This document shows positions 17,100 to 26,178 of a stretch of DNA of 31,493 nt, piece after piece. Made by a program: the position numbers and the translations under genes. This stretch comes from a virus (lineage: Duplodnaviria; Caudoviricetes), in IMG/VR virus record IMGVR_UViG_3300021124_000496, positions 1-31,493 of that record; one strand, given 5' to 3'. Below the pieces are notes generated by a model. That model was not told where the DNA came from. It saw only the letters and a list, made by a program, of their open reading frames with translations, and did not search any database. Within the stretch, counting starts at the first letter, position 1. Every line of letters starts with the position of its first letter.

Positions 17100-17348
17100 T
17101 TATTGTGCGATGCCACTATTACGAAGTTCTTTTAACTTCTTTTGCCAACGTTTCTGGGCACGAGCCTTTGCTTTTTTGCGAGTCATGCTTGGTTGTTCAA
17201 AACGTTCACGCTCACGAAGAAGTTGAAAAATACCATCCTGTTGGAGAACCTTTTTCATCTTGCGAAGTGCCTTGTTTACATCATTATTGTGAACCTCTAC
17301 AAAAAATCCACGTTGACGAACGTTTTCAATTTCTGGTCTGTGTGCCAT
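17100..17348 (-). CDS. rpsU: Ribosomal protein bS21
   Basis: VEVHNNDVNKALRKMKK...GIF..LRERERFEQPS..RKK.K.RA..R; AAGAGG SD. Confidence 0.9.
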   Translation of the reverse strand: MAHRPEIENVRQRGFFVEVHNNDVNKALRKMKKVLQQDGIFQLLRERERFEQPSMTRKKAKARAQKRWQKKLKELRNSGIAQ

Positions 17349-17730
17349 TATTTTCCTCTTTTAAATAATTATTATATTGTAGCAGCATCCACGAATAAAT
17401 GTCAAATACATTTCTATGTATTGCTGAACCAATTTCATTTTGCCCTAATGCCCAAGTATTTTTTTGAGCAAGCAAATAACCTTTTAGTATTTCTTTGCTG
17501 CCAGTAAATCTGCAATTTACTATGGTAGCATAAGCATGTTTATTGGTGTTAATACACCATGTATCGTCTGTATCATTACTTCCATATAAAAATAGAGTAA
17601 TATTAGCATCTAATGAATTTATGCTAGTGCTTAGACGTTCAATATCACTCCACTCACAATCAACCAACAGTATCTTAAACCTAGCATCAAGGTCTAAGTC
17701 TGGTGCGGTTACTATTCTGCTATCATTCAT
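17326..17730 (-). CDS. Hypothetical protein
   Basis: 134-aa ORF coupled (ATGA overlap) to the upstream gene. Confidence 0.7.
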   Translation of the reverse strand: MNDSRIVTAPDLDLDARFKILLVDCEWSDIERLSTSINSLDANITLFLYGSNDTDDTWCINTNKHAYATIVNCRFTGSKEILKGYLLAQKNTWALGQNEIGSAIHRNVFDIYSWMLLQYNNYLKEENNGTQTRN

Positions 17731-19247
17731 ACATTTAACGTTTCTAGCGCAGTCTGTTCGGCAGTAGTCATTTCTTCAAACTCAATTTCTGCTCGCTGTA
17801 ATCTGCCCAACTGCCAATGTTTCCAACTGATATTATCAGTATAACCAGTATTTTGTTGTTTGTCAACTAAAATCCAACTATCACCGTTCCATTTGTACAA
17901 GTTATTTGGTTCATTGGTTATGATAAAAAGTTGTCCAACATATGGCGTTATGCCAGCCACACTTGGAAATTGTGGACCAACAATATCGGTATCAACGTCA
18001 AGTAAGTATGCCTTTTCATCAACTCCACCACGTTCTTCACGTAGAATTTCATTTTCTGCATGAAGTCTATGTATCTCATTATTTTTATTTTCTACTTCTT
18101 TTAAAAGTTGGTCAAGTGCAGAAGTTAAATCAAGTAGGGTTTTATTATCGGTATTATCTACCACTCGTTCAATTTCTTTAATTGTTTCAACAGGAACTTC
18201 AACAATCTTTTCTACTTCAACTATTTTTTCAATAACTGTGGTGGTTGGAATTTCTATTAATTTTTCAACAGTACGTTCTTCAAAAAAAGGCACAGCTTGC
18301 GTAATTATTGTTTCTACTACTTCGGGCGGACGGTTACGAAGTTCTTCAACTTCAAGTGCAAGCGCATCAGCACGAAGAATAGCATCATTATTATAAACTG
18401 TAACAACCTTTTCCACGGGAACTTCAACAATTTTTTCAACATATTCTACTCGTGTTTCTTTTTCTTTTCGTCTACCAGAGATACCCATTGTTGCGCCCAA
18501 CACCAAAGAAACAGCAAGGGGATCAAAAACAGCAACAATGAAAATAATAACCCAACGAACTGCTCGCTCAAGTAGTGATTTATCAACATTATCTCCGTAT
18601 ATTAATTGGGCAATATATTTAATTGGTCCAACTTCTGCCTCAACTTTTAACTGTGCTTGGTTAAGTTTAAGTTTTTGACTATTCAAATCCTGAATACGTT
18701 TATTGGTATCATCAATAGTTTTGTTAGCAGCCTCACGGTCTTTCTTTTGACTATCGCGCAACTTAGTTGCTTGAGTAGCAAGGGTTGCTGTGCGGTTGTT
18801 GTCTTTTGTAGCATTTGATGCACTGCCACTTAACAGTCCATTGACAGCATCATCCATTTGTTTGATAACAGCTTGGTTATCCTTAATACGTTGTTGTTCT
18901 ACACCAAGATTTTGGTCAATTTGTTCAATGAGTAGAGTATTATCACCAACACTACTAGTCGTTTCAATATGTGCCCGTGATAGGAATCCAAAGATGCCCA
19001 TACTTGTTACAAACATTAGCACAAGCACGGCAAGCGCCAGATACCATTTTACAAGAAAATTTATTCGTGTCCAATTTTGATGTAGCCATACGGTGGTAAT
19101 AATTTTACCAAATTCCAATACACCACCCATAATAATAATAGGAATAACTGCACCACTAAAGATTGCAGTAAGACCAGCAATACTATAATATGCTGCAACG
19201 CCACTGATAGAGATGGCACTTAAGAGTGCTAAAATGTTTAAGAACAT
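17727..19247 (-). CDS. Multi-pass membrane protein with coiled coil and VEKIVEVP repeats
   Basis: Three N-terminal TM segments, a long coiled coil, another TM (FDPLAV), then V/E/K/P-rich repeats. Confidence 0.8.
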   Translation of the reverse strand: MFLNILALLSAISISGVAAYYSIAGLTAIFSGAVIPIIIMGGVLEFGKIITTVWLHQNWTRINFLVKWYLALAVLVLMFVTSMGIFGFLSRAHIETTSSVGDNTLLIEQIDQNLGVEQQRIKDNQAVIKQMDDAVNGLLSGSASNATKDNNRTATLATQATKLRDSQKKDREAANKTIDDTNKRIQDLNSQKLKLNQAQLKVEAEVGPIKYIAQLIYGDNVDKSLLERAVRWVIIFIVAVFDPLAVSLVLGATMGISGRRKEKETRVEYVEKIVEVPVEKVVTVYNNDAILRADALALEVEELRNRPPEVVETIITQAVPFFEERTVEKLIEIPTTTVIEKIVEVEKIVEVPVETIKEIERVVDNTDNKTLLDLTSALDQLLKEVENKNNEIHRLHAENEILREERGGVDEKAYLLDVDTDIVGPQFPSVAGITPYVGQLFIITNEPNNLYKWNGDSWILVDKQQNTGYTDNISWKHWQLGRLQRAEIEFEEMTTAEQTALETLNV

Positions 19248-19612
19248 TATATATTTACCTTGTTTTCAACCACATACCAACCAATTTTTTTGAAATCTTC
19301 ACGAATTTCTTCGTCAACACTTCCTTCGGTAATATAATCGGCACTATCCATCATATTGCTCACGTAATAGCGCATATAATCGCCGTTAAAGGTGCCTTCA
19401 TACAACCCAGCAGCAATACCGCCAGCATGACGCCAAGAGCAAGACCAGTGTTCTGCTGCTAAAATTGACAATACTTCTGCCTTGATAAACTCATTATTGC
19501 AGAGCGTAGCATAAAGATGCTGACAATATGTGTCATTATTCCGTGCTTTATCACGGATATAGTGACTATCAAACAAATCTTGTTCAAGGTTTGGTTTAGG
19601 CTGATCCATCAT
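19247..19612 (-). CDS. Hypothetical phage protein
   Basis: 121 aa; YATLCNNEF, WSCSWRHAGGIAA, EGSVDEEIREDF..IGW. Confidence 0.75.
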   Translation of the reverse strand: MMDQPKPNLEQDLFDSHYIRDKARNNDTYCQHLYATLCNNEFIKAEVLSILAAEHWSCSWRHAGGIAAGLYEGTFNGDYMRYYVSNMMDSADYITEGSVDEEIREDFKKIGWYVVENKVNI

Positions 19613-20756
19613 ATAAGTCCTTATATAGTTCCCACAATTTTGAATAGCTAGTATTTTTTTGCAAACTTAGATACTTTAACAGGTCTGGTGCTACTTTAGC
19701 AATAATTTTCTTTTGCAAATTAGCATCCATCATTTGTTTTTTTATATCTTCATCATTCATACTTAATATTGTTGTAAGAATATTAATATCCTTATACGGA
19801 GTAAAAGTTAAAGTATTTCCTAAATGCCAGTGTTGATGATCATTTAAATTAATTTTAATAATCTTATCGCATAACTTTATCTTATCTTTTGTGTATAATT
19901 TTAACTTTGCATCAAAATTTATTTCTAAATTTTCTGGTTTTGAAAAATAAGTATAGTGATAATCACTATTTTTTATAATATCTGCAATTTTTAAACCACG
20001 ACTTGACAACCACAAATTAATGTTAAATGGTCCACGTAAGAAATTCTCATCACCCATTGACCCTGTTACTAACCAAGTTGGGTTTGTCCAATAATGTATT
20101 TGCCGATAAGCCCAATATTTTTTATTATTAAAAGTTGTATGAAAATTTGACATAAATTTGTCATATGTGATATACTCGTTCATTATTAAATTATGGTCAA
20201 TTTTTAAATGACGCAACATCGCAAGACACAATAACGTATCAATACCACCAGTAAAAAAAATTTGAGGCGTTGTTTTGCAATTGTTTTTTAACCAATTAAA
20301 TTTATTTACTAATATATCATATATTACTTGGATTGCATCGTCTTCACTCAGATTTTTTCCAACAGTATAATTTACAGGAAATTCAATGACATCTACTGCC
20401 GTTTGTGCAATTTTTAAATATGTGTTTGCATGAACTACTTTGTTCATCGGTAGACCAATATTTCCAAATGAAATAATATTATTCCATAATGAAAAAGAAC
20501 GTTCTTTATCGTGAGTTATTATGATTTCATCATTTAAATTAACGTATATTAAACAAAAATTGCCATTATGTTTTGGTGTGGGGTCATCAAATAGGCAATT
20601 ATAATCTTCAAAAGAATAACCTTTAAACCATGCTACTTTACATTTTTCATTTGTAATTTTTTGCCACCCATCATCACAATTTAAAATATATTTTTCAGTA
20701 AGAGTATGATTTACTGGAAAACGACTATCATGATGAGTGCTAATTAAAAAAAACAT
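19596..20756 (-). CDS. Asparagine-synthase-like / adenine nucleotide alpha-hydrolase (PP-loop) protein
   Basis: FFTGGIDT (SGGxDS variant), TGSMGDENF (TGxGGDExF), GNFC...HDKERSFSL (Ntn-like remnant, lacks the N-terminal Cys). Confidence 0.65.
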   Translation of the reverse strand: MFFLISTHHDSRFPVNHTLTEKYILNCDDGWQKITNEKCKVAWFKGYSFEDYNCLFDDPTPKHNGNFCLIYVNLNDEIIITHDKERSFSLWNNIISFGNIGLPMNKVVHANTYLKIAQTAVDVIEFPVNYTVGKNLSEDDAIQVIYDILVNKFNWLKNNCKTTPQIFFTGGIDTLLCLAMLRHLKIDHNLIMNEYITYDKFMSNFHTTFNNKKYWAYRQIHYWTNPTWLVTGSMGDENFLRGPFNINLWLSSRGLKIADIIKNSDYHYTYFSKPENLEINFDAKLKLYTKDKIKLCDKIIKINLNDHQHWHLGNTLTFTPYKDINILTTILSMNDEDIKKQMMDANLQKKIIAKVAPDLLKYLSLQKNTSYSKLWELYKDLYDGSA

Positions 20757-20757
20757 A

Positions 20758-20792
20758 AATGCCCCTATACTTTAATTTAGCATAGGGGCATT
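20758..20792 (-). promoter_or_regulatory. Hairpin covering the SD of gene 20756, with CTAAATTA at the loop (may double as terminator)
   Basis: AAUGCCCCUAUGCU-AAAUUA-AAGUAUAGGGGCAUU-U-AUG; one G-U pair on the minus strand. Confidence 0.6.
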
Positions 20793-20805
20793 ATCATTTC
20801 AATAA

Positions 20806-23800
20806 TTAAAATGCTAAGCTGTAGCTTATGCCTGCACCAGTTACATCTGGATTTGTAATTGATTTTTGTTGCCAACCAACATTTAAATTAATATGTTGAC
20901 CAGGTGCAACTTCATAACTTAATCCAGCGCCCAAACCAAATGATGTAGCATTATTAGATGAAAGTGGAGTGTTAATTGTTTTTGCATTAACAATGTCACT
21001 TGTTCCGTTAATACTACCAGGTGTTGCACTTATATTTTGTGTAATGCCAGCACTTAACGTAGCAGTTAATTCATCTGTAATTACCAAACTTAAAGTTGAA
21101 CCAGCAATAATATCAGTACTTTTTTGACTATATGAAGCCACGGTAAGTGGAAATACTGCGTTTGTTTCAGTATAACCACCAACATTTAAGTTAGTATAAC
21201 GAAGACCAGCATAGGGTGTTAAACTAATATCCGTCATAAGCGGTATAGTATACGCAGCCTTCACTTGATATGCTTGGCTATTAACTGAACTTGTACCCGT
21301 GCCGCTTTCAGCGTATGCAATAGTTGGACGAGTAATAGTGTATTGTCCTGAACCAACAGCAGCACTAGCAGTGATATCAAGACCTTCGCCATTATTATAA
21401 CCAACTGTTGCACCAATCACAGGCGCAGATGACTTATAAGTTACAGTATCAGTTTTAGGATCGGTAGATTGATCTGCAAATGCACCGATTCTGAAGTTAT
21501 CAGTAATATTTGTTGTTACAGTAATTCCACCGCTTTGTAGGCTACCTGTTCCAGTTTTATTAATACCATAGCTTACGCTTACACAGCCGCCATTTTCACC
21601 AGTGCTTGGGCAATCGCTGCCAACAGCACCGCTAACTTGACTAGAAATAATGCTATCTATTGTTTTTAGATCACCAGCAACCACATTAATACCTTGTTGG
21701 GTAGCAATACTACTTGGGGTGATATCAAGAGTAACACTGTTATTAGTATATGCCAATTCATAACCAAGGGGCGATAGATAATCATTGCTTAAACTAAGAA
21801 TATCATATTTTCCTGCAACAGAAGAAGCAGCTATAATAGGTAATCTGCTATAGCTATATGGTCCTACTGCAGTGTTTAAAGATAGAGTACCAGCAAGTGT
21901 TGCTGGTCCACTTATGTTAAACTTTTGAACCCCATTTGGAGTTAGATTAATAACAGTGGTACCAGAGTTTGTTTGAGTATATCCATTTAATGCAATAGTG
22001 TTGCCCCCACCTACTACATTATATGTTCCACTATTATTCACACTATTGACTGTGCCGCTATTATATGTTAGTGTTCCGCTGTTTGTAATATCACTTGCTG
22101 TGCCATTATTCATTGTAAATGTGCCGCTATTATTGACGGTACCTACTGTTCCACTGTTTGTATAATTACCGCTATTTGTACCATTTCCCATAGTTCCACT
22201 GTTTGTAATAGTGCCACCATTGGTCCAATCGCCAGTAGTTCCATTGTTTGTAAATGTTCCACTTGTATTTGTTACAGTAGTTGTGATAGTGCCCTCATTT
22301 GTTGCTGTTCCACTATTTGTTAAACTATTAATCGTACCATTTAATGTATTATCAAATGTGCCACTGTTTGTTACATCAGCCATTGTTCCACTATTTGTAG
22401 TTGTTCCATTCGTTGCAACATTTACTGAAGCAGTAGTTCCACTATTTGTGAAAGTTCCGCTCGTAATTGTGGTAAGGCCAGTAATAGTTCCGCTGTTTGA
22501 AGCAGTTCCTGTATTGGTTAAACTGCCAATCATGCCACTATTTGTAAATGAATTACTATTAGTTACACTGCCTGTAACAGTACCACTATTCGTTGCTGTT
22601 CCGTTATTAACTAAACTTGTAATTACACCAGTTGCATTATTATGTAATGTGCCACTATTAGTAACTGCACCCGTAGTTCCACTGTTTGTAAATGTACCAC
22701 TACTATTTGTAACGCTACCACTGATTGTACCTTCGTTTGTGGCAGTTCCACTATTAGTTAAACTTGTAATAGTTCCGCCTACGGCATTATCAAATGTATC
22801 ACTATTTGTAACATTGCCCGCAGTTCCGCTATTAGACACGGTACCAGTAACAATAGTAATATCACCAGCAGAACCGCTATTACCAAATGTGCCACCATTA
22901 ACAGTAGTTAAACCACTAATTGTGCCCTCATTGGTTGCAGTTCCATTTGTGTTTAATGTTAACAATGTTCCAGTTACTGAGTTATCAAGAGTTCCTGTAT
23001 TTGTTACATTTCCAGTTGTTCCATTATTATTGAATGTTCCGCTAGATGTTACTGTATTAAGTGTGCCGTTATTTGTAAGTGTGCCACTATTTGTTGTTGA
23101 GCCTAAAATAGTTCCAGTATTGTTTGTAGTGCCAATATTTGTGAGTGTTCCACTTATAGTTCCACTATTTGTAAGATTTGCGTTTATATTATTAGTGACA
23201 TTACCCGTAATTGAGCCGTTATTTGTTGCATTATTGTTATTTGTCAAACTTGCAATTGTTCCGCCAGTATTATTTGTAAGAGTTCCATTATTTGTAAATG
23301 CTCCAGTTGTACCACCATTATTATTTGTAAAATAGCCACTGTTGTTTACAGTTCCCGTTGTGCCAGTGTTTACAAATTGTCCTCCATTGTTATTAATGAC
23401 ATTGCCAGTAACTCCACCACTATTATTTGCAAAGCTGCCACTATTTGTTACATCGCCAGTAGTTCCGCTATTTGTAAAAGTGCCACTGCTGTTATTGGTA
23501 ACTGTTGTTACTGTTCCGCCACTATTATTTGTAAATGTGCCACTATTTGTTATTGCACCACCTGTACCATTATTAGTATAAATGCCACCACTGTTATTAG
23601 TTACATCGCCGGTTGTTCCGTTATTAGTATATGTACCATCATTTGTTACACCAAGTGTAGTCGTACCACTAGGGTTAGTAGCAGTTGTCCCACTTGCATT
23701 GTTAATTGCAACAGGTCCATTATTATTGTTATTGTTATTATTGTTATTATTGTTATTATTGTTATTGTTATTATTTCCACTACCAGGTGCGTTTGATACA

Positions 23801-24546
23801 TTCATAGTGCTGTTATAACCACCCGCTTGACCACTCGTTGTACCGCCAGTTGCGCTTGGTCCACCACCATTTTGGTTAGCCACAAGCCCTACTGTGCTTA
23901 CACCAGGTTGACCACTGCTATTTACAATACAAGCATTGCTTCCGCCCCAGGCACCTTGACAAGCACCTAATGCAGGACTTATTGACCAACCTTGTGCTTG
24001 TGTTCCATTATAGGGACCAAATTCTGGGTTATATGCTAAGTTACCACCGCCATTAAAAGTAAAAGTAGGTGCTTGATACCACGGACCATAATCACCTGCC
24101 CAGAAACTACCATCTACACCATATACACTAATTGTTGCGTATGCTACTGTTGCGGCTTGTGCTGCTGTAAGTGTTGCGCTTGTAGTAAGAGTTGTCCAAG
24201 GTACAGCAGGATCAATCTGTGGATTGCCGCCCAACGCATTTGGATTTGGTAGGTTATTGCTATAATTAGTATTAACGCTTGTTACGAGCGCATTGCTAGC
24301 CGTGTAAAATTGGATTTTAACGTTTGCAGTATCACTTTGATTTGCACGACCGCCACCATTGTGAGCAAGAACACTCAAGACAAATGTTCCACCAGCTTGC
24401 ATATTGCTATCAAAGACTACTGTTTGACTAATAGTAGTCGTAACATATGCCGTTGCTATCATATTGTATGCTTGTTGTGCATTTGCTTCAACAGCAAAAA
24501 AAGACATAACCGCACCCACTGCGGCTGTAATAAGTTTTCTGAACAT
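20806..24546 (-). CDS. Autotransporter (type Va): signal peptide, N-terminal domain, TNSGT beta-helix passenger, C-terminal beta-barrel
   Basis: ANA-Q signal; dozens of (V/L)TN(S/N)GT repeats; YTQ..SGT..I linker; barrel strands (LTPYAGLRY..L..GGYTE, GLGAGLSYEV); terminal aromatic residue (ISYSLAF). Confidence 0.85.
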   Translation of the reverse strand: MFRKLITAAVGAVMSFFAVEANAQQAYNMIATAYVTTTISQTVVFDSNMQAGGTFVLSVLAHNGGGRANQSDTANVKIQFYTASNALVTSVNTNYSNNLPNPNALGGNPQIDPAVPWTTLTTSATLTAAQAATVAYATISVYGVDGSFWAGDYGPWYQAPTFTFNGGGNLAYNPEFGPYNGTQAQGWSISPALGACQGAWGGSNACIVNSSGQPGVSTVGLVANQNGGGPSATGGTTSGQAGGYNSTMNVSNAPGSGNNNNNNNNNNNNNNNNNNNGPVAINNASGTTATNPSGTTTLGVTNDGTYTNNGTTGDVTNNSGGIYTNNGTGGAITNSGTFTNNSGGTVTTVTNNSSGTFTNSGTTGDVTNSGSFANNSGGVTGNVINNNGGQFVNTGTTGTVNNSGYFTNNNGGTTGAFTNNGTLTNNTGGTIASLTNNNNATNNGSITGNVTNNINANLTNSGTISGTLTNIGTTNNTGTILGSTTNSGTLTNNGTLNTVTSSGTFNNNGTTGNVTNTGTLDNSVTGTLLTLNTNGTATNEGTISGLTTVNGGTFGNSGSAGDITIVTGTVSNSGTAGNVTNSDTFDNAVGGTITSLTNSGTATNEGTISGSVTNSSGTFTNSGTTGAVTNSGTLHNNATGVITSLVNNGTATNSGTVTGSVTNSNSFTNSGMIGSLTNTGTASNSGTITGLTTITSGTFTNSGTTASVNVATNGTTTNSGTMADVTNSGTFDNTLNGTINSLTNSGTATNEGTITTTVTNTSGTFTNNGTTGDWTNGGTITNSGTMGNGTNSGNYTNSGTVGTVNNSGTFTMNNGTASDITNSGTLTYNSGTVNSVNNSGTYNVVGGGNTIALNGYTQTNSGTTVINLTPNGVQKFNISGPATLAGTLSLNTAVGPYSYSRLPIIAASSVAGKYDILSLSNDYLSPLGYELAYTNNSVTLDITPSSIATQQGINVVAGDLKTIDSIISSQVSGAVGSDCPSTGENGGCVSVSYGINKTGTGSLQSGGITVTTNITDNFRIGAFADQSTDPKTDTVTYKSSAPVIGATVGYNNGEGLDITASAAVGSGQYTITRPTIAYAESGTGTSSVNSQAYQVKAAYTIPLMTDISLTPYAGLRYTNLNVGGYTETNAVFPLTVASYSQKSTDIIAGSTLSLVITDELTATLSAGITQNISATPGSINGTSDIVNAKTINTPLSSNNATSFGLGAGLSYEVAPGQHINLNVGWQQKSITNPDVTGAGISYSLAF
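23719..23775. repeat. AAT/AAC microsatellite encoding a 19-Asn tract
   Basis: 57 bp of att/gtt triplets on the + strand between the N-terminal domain and the passenger repeats. Confidence 0.95.
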
Positions 24547-24610
24547 AATTTTTCCTTGGTTTGTTGACTGAATCGAATCGTTGAAAAACTACGTGTAATT
24601 GAATGTATGA

Positions 24611-24651
24611 TATTTAGTCCACCATTTATGACAAATCGGTTCCACTAAATA
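24611..24651. promoter_or_regulatory. Divergent pair of CTAAATA late-type promoter motifs
   Basis: CTAAATA on minus (24617-24611) toward the autotransporter and on plus (24645-24651) toward the lipase. Confidence 0.6.
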
Positions 24652-24673
24652 ATATTATAAGGGAGAATCAATT

Positions 24674-25432
24674 ATGTTAAAAGACCAAAGCCTACCCGAA
24701 TTAGCAGTAACTATGGCACAACTCGCTAGTGCTGCATACCAAGATGATAACAAGCAAATCTATAGTGATCTTGGATTTAAGAAATATAAGTTCCTTGACA
24801 ATGAAGGCGCACAAGGACATGTTGCTGCAAGTGATAGCGAAGTTATTGTTGCATGTCGTGGAACACAGCCTACACAACCAAATGATTTACTTGCTGACCT
24901 TGATACCATTCCAAAGCGTCATGGCAAGGGATGGGTTCATGAGGGTTTTCGCCGTGAAGCACGTAAGATTCTTGACGCAGTATTAGATTGGGCAAAGAAG
25001 AATAAAGGGAAAGATATATATGTTACTGGTCACAGTCTTGGTGCTGCAATGGCACTTTATATCACCCAAGAACTAGAATTTGCTGGTTATCCGCCAGTAA
25101 AACTTTTATCCTTTGGTCAACCACGTCTTGGTAATGCAGATTATGTTGCTGATATTAAAACAGAACATTATCGTTTTGTAAACTGTAATGATATGGTAAC
25201 ACACGTTCCGCCGCCAGTGTTGCTATTCAAGCACCACGGTCAACTATGCTATATCAATTTCTATGGTAATATTCGTCCATTGAGCCGTTGGCAACGTTGG
25301 AAAGATATGTTCCGTGCGCACAAGCGTAGTTGGAGCAAAGGTCAATTATTTGATGGCATTTATGACCACGGAATGGATCACTATATTGAAAAGCTAACCA
25401 ATATCCGTGATACTGGACAAAGCATCAACTAA
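24674..25432 (+). CDS. Lipase, class 3 (alpha/beta hydrolase)
   Basis: VACRGT, VHEGF, TGHSLGAA nucleophile elbow, FGQPRLGN, NDMVTHVPP, DHGMDHY; GGGAG SD. Confidence 0.92.
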   Translation: MLKDQSLPELAVTMAQLASAAYQDDNKQIYSDLGFKKYKFLDNEGAQGHVAASDSEVIVACRGTQPTQPNDLLADLDTIPKRHGKGWVHEGFRREARKILDAVLDWAKKNKGKDIYVTGHSLGAAMALYITQELEFAGYPPVKLLSFGQPRLGNADYVADIKTEHYRFVNCNDMVTHVPPPVLLFKHHGQLCYINFYGNIRPLSRWQRWKDMFRAHKRSWSKGQLFDGIYDHGMDHYIEKLTNIRDTGQSIN

Positions 25433-25899
25433 TTTGCATCCTTATAAAACCAGTGGTGTCCTATCTTTTTAATAAACTTGAACCCTTTATTCTTAAAAGG
25501 TTTATTATTAAAATATAGGGCACCATCGGTTGGATCAACCATATAGGTTGAATATAGTACCATCATCGCAATGCTGTAAAAATCATTGCGATTTTTATCT
25601 TGTTCAACTGGCTTGAATGGAAAGCAAATAAAAGTAAATTGGCAATCAATGCCGTGTTTTTCATATACAATTCTACACGGTGAACCTGGAAATTTGCCAC
25701 TTTCTAATCTGTTGCGAATTACCCAGGCAATTGCAACTTGACCTTCATAGTCTTCACCACCAGCTTCATTCTTGATAGCTTGGGCAACACACTCGCTAGG
25801 AGATTCAATAACGATTGGTTTTTGGGATTTTGTTTCTTTGGCTGTAACAGGATAACTCACTGTTAAGAGCAGTGCCAAAGATAATAAAAGTTTTTTCAT
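25429..25899 (-). CDS. SleB/Hydrolase_2 cell-wall hydrolase (start ATG 25899)
   Basis: Signal peptide MKKLLLSL; CVAQAIKNEAGGE, VIRNR, CQFT, DPTDGALYF, IGHHWFY. The longer ORF-track start lies within the tmRNA. Confidence 0.9.
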   Translation of the reverse strand: MKKLLLSLALLLTVSYPVTAKETKSQKPIVIESPSECVAQAIKNEAGGEDYEGQVAIAWVIRNRLESGKFPGSPCRIVYEKHGIDCQFTFICFPFKPVEQDKNRNDFYSIAMMVLYSTYMVDPTDGALYFNNKPFKNKGFKFIKKIGHHWFYKDAN

Positions 25900-25915
25900 C
25901 GCCCTCAATAAAAAA

Positions 25916-26170
25916 GTGGTGGGATTCTGTTGCCAAGTTCCCACCGAACTCCGATCAAGCCGCTAGGCGAAGATCATGTGCCATATTGTCGTTTGCACTT
26001 ACGATTTTTGGACTATAAGGCATCCAACCCACTATCTACTTCAACCTTTTCAATGCCAATCGATACCTACTTCGGGCCCAGAGTAAACACATCACTTTAC
26101 TAATGTGTTTATGGTGGACCCGCAGGGTGACGCTCCCTGGTCTTGACCATCTATTAGTCGCTATCAACAA
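25916..26170 (-). ncRNA. ssrA: Permuted two-piece tmRNA (alphaproteobacterial type); tag ANDNMAHDLRLAA; outer ends approximate
   Basis: Acceptor piece ends CGGGTCCACCA (CCA 26114-26112); 32-nt hairpin spacer; coding piece starts GGGCCCG (26079), giving G3-U70; tag frame 25996-25955; 3' hairpin GGTGGGAACTTGGCAACAGAATCCCACC. Confidence 0.93.
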
Positions 26171-26178
26171 TAGTATAT

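Noticed and set aside
22211-23818. Long + strand ORFs (22211..23335, 23342..23581, 23377..23796, 23582..23818) rich in V/P/L/F
   Set aside because: Antisense shadows of the repetitive TNSGT and poly-Asn autotransporter codons. The same applies to 1398..1739, 28350..28640 and 28857..29180 opposite other low-complexity genes.
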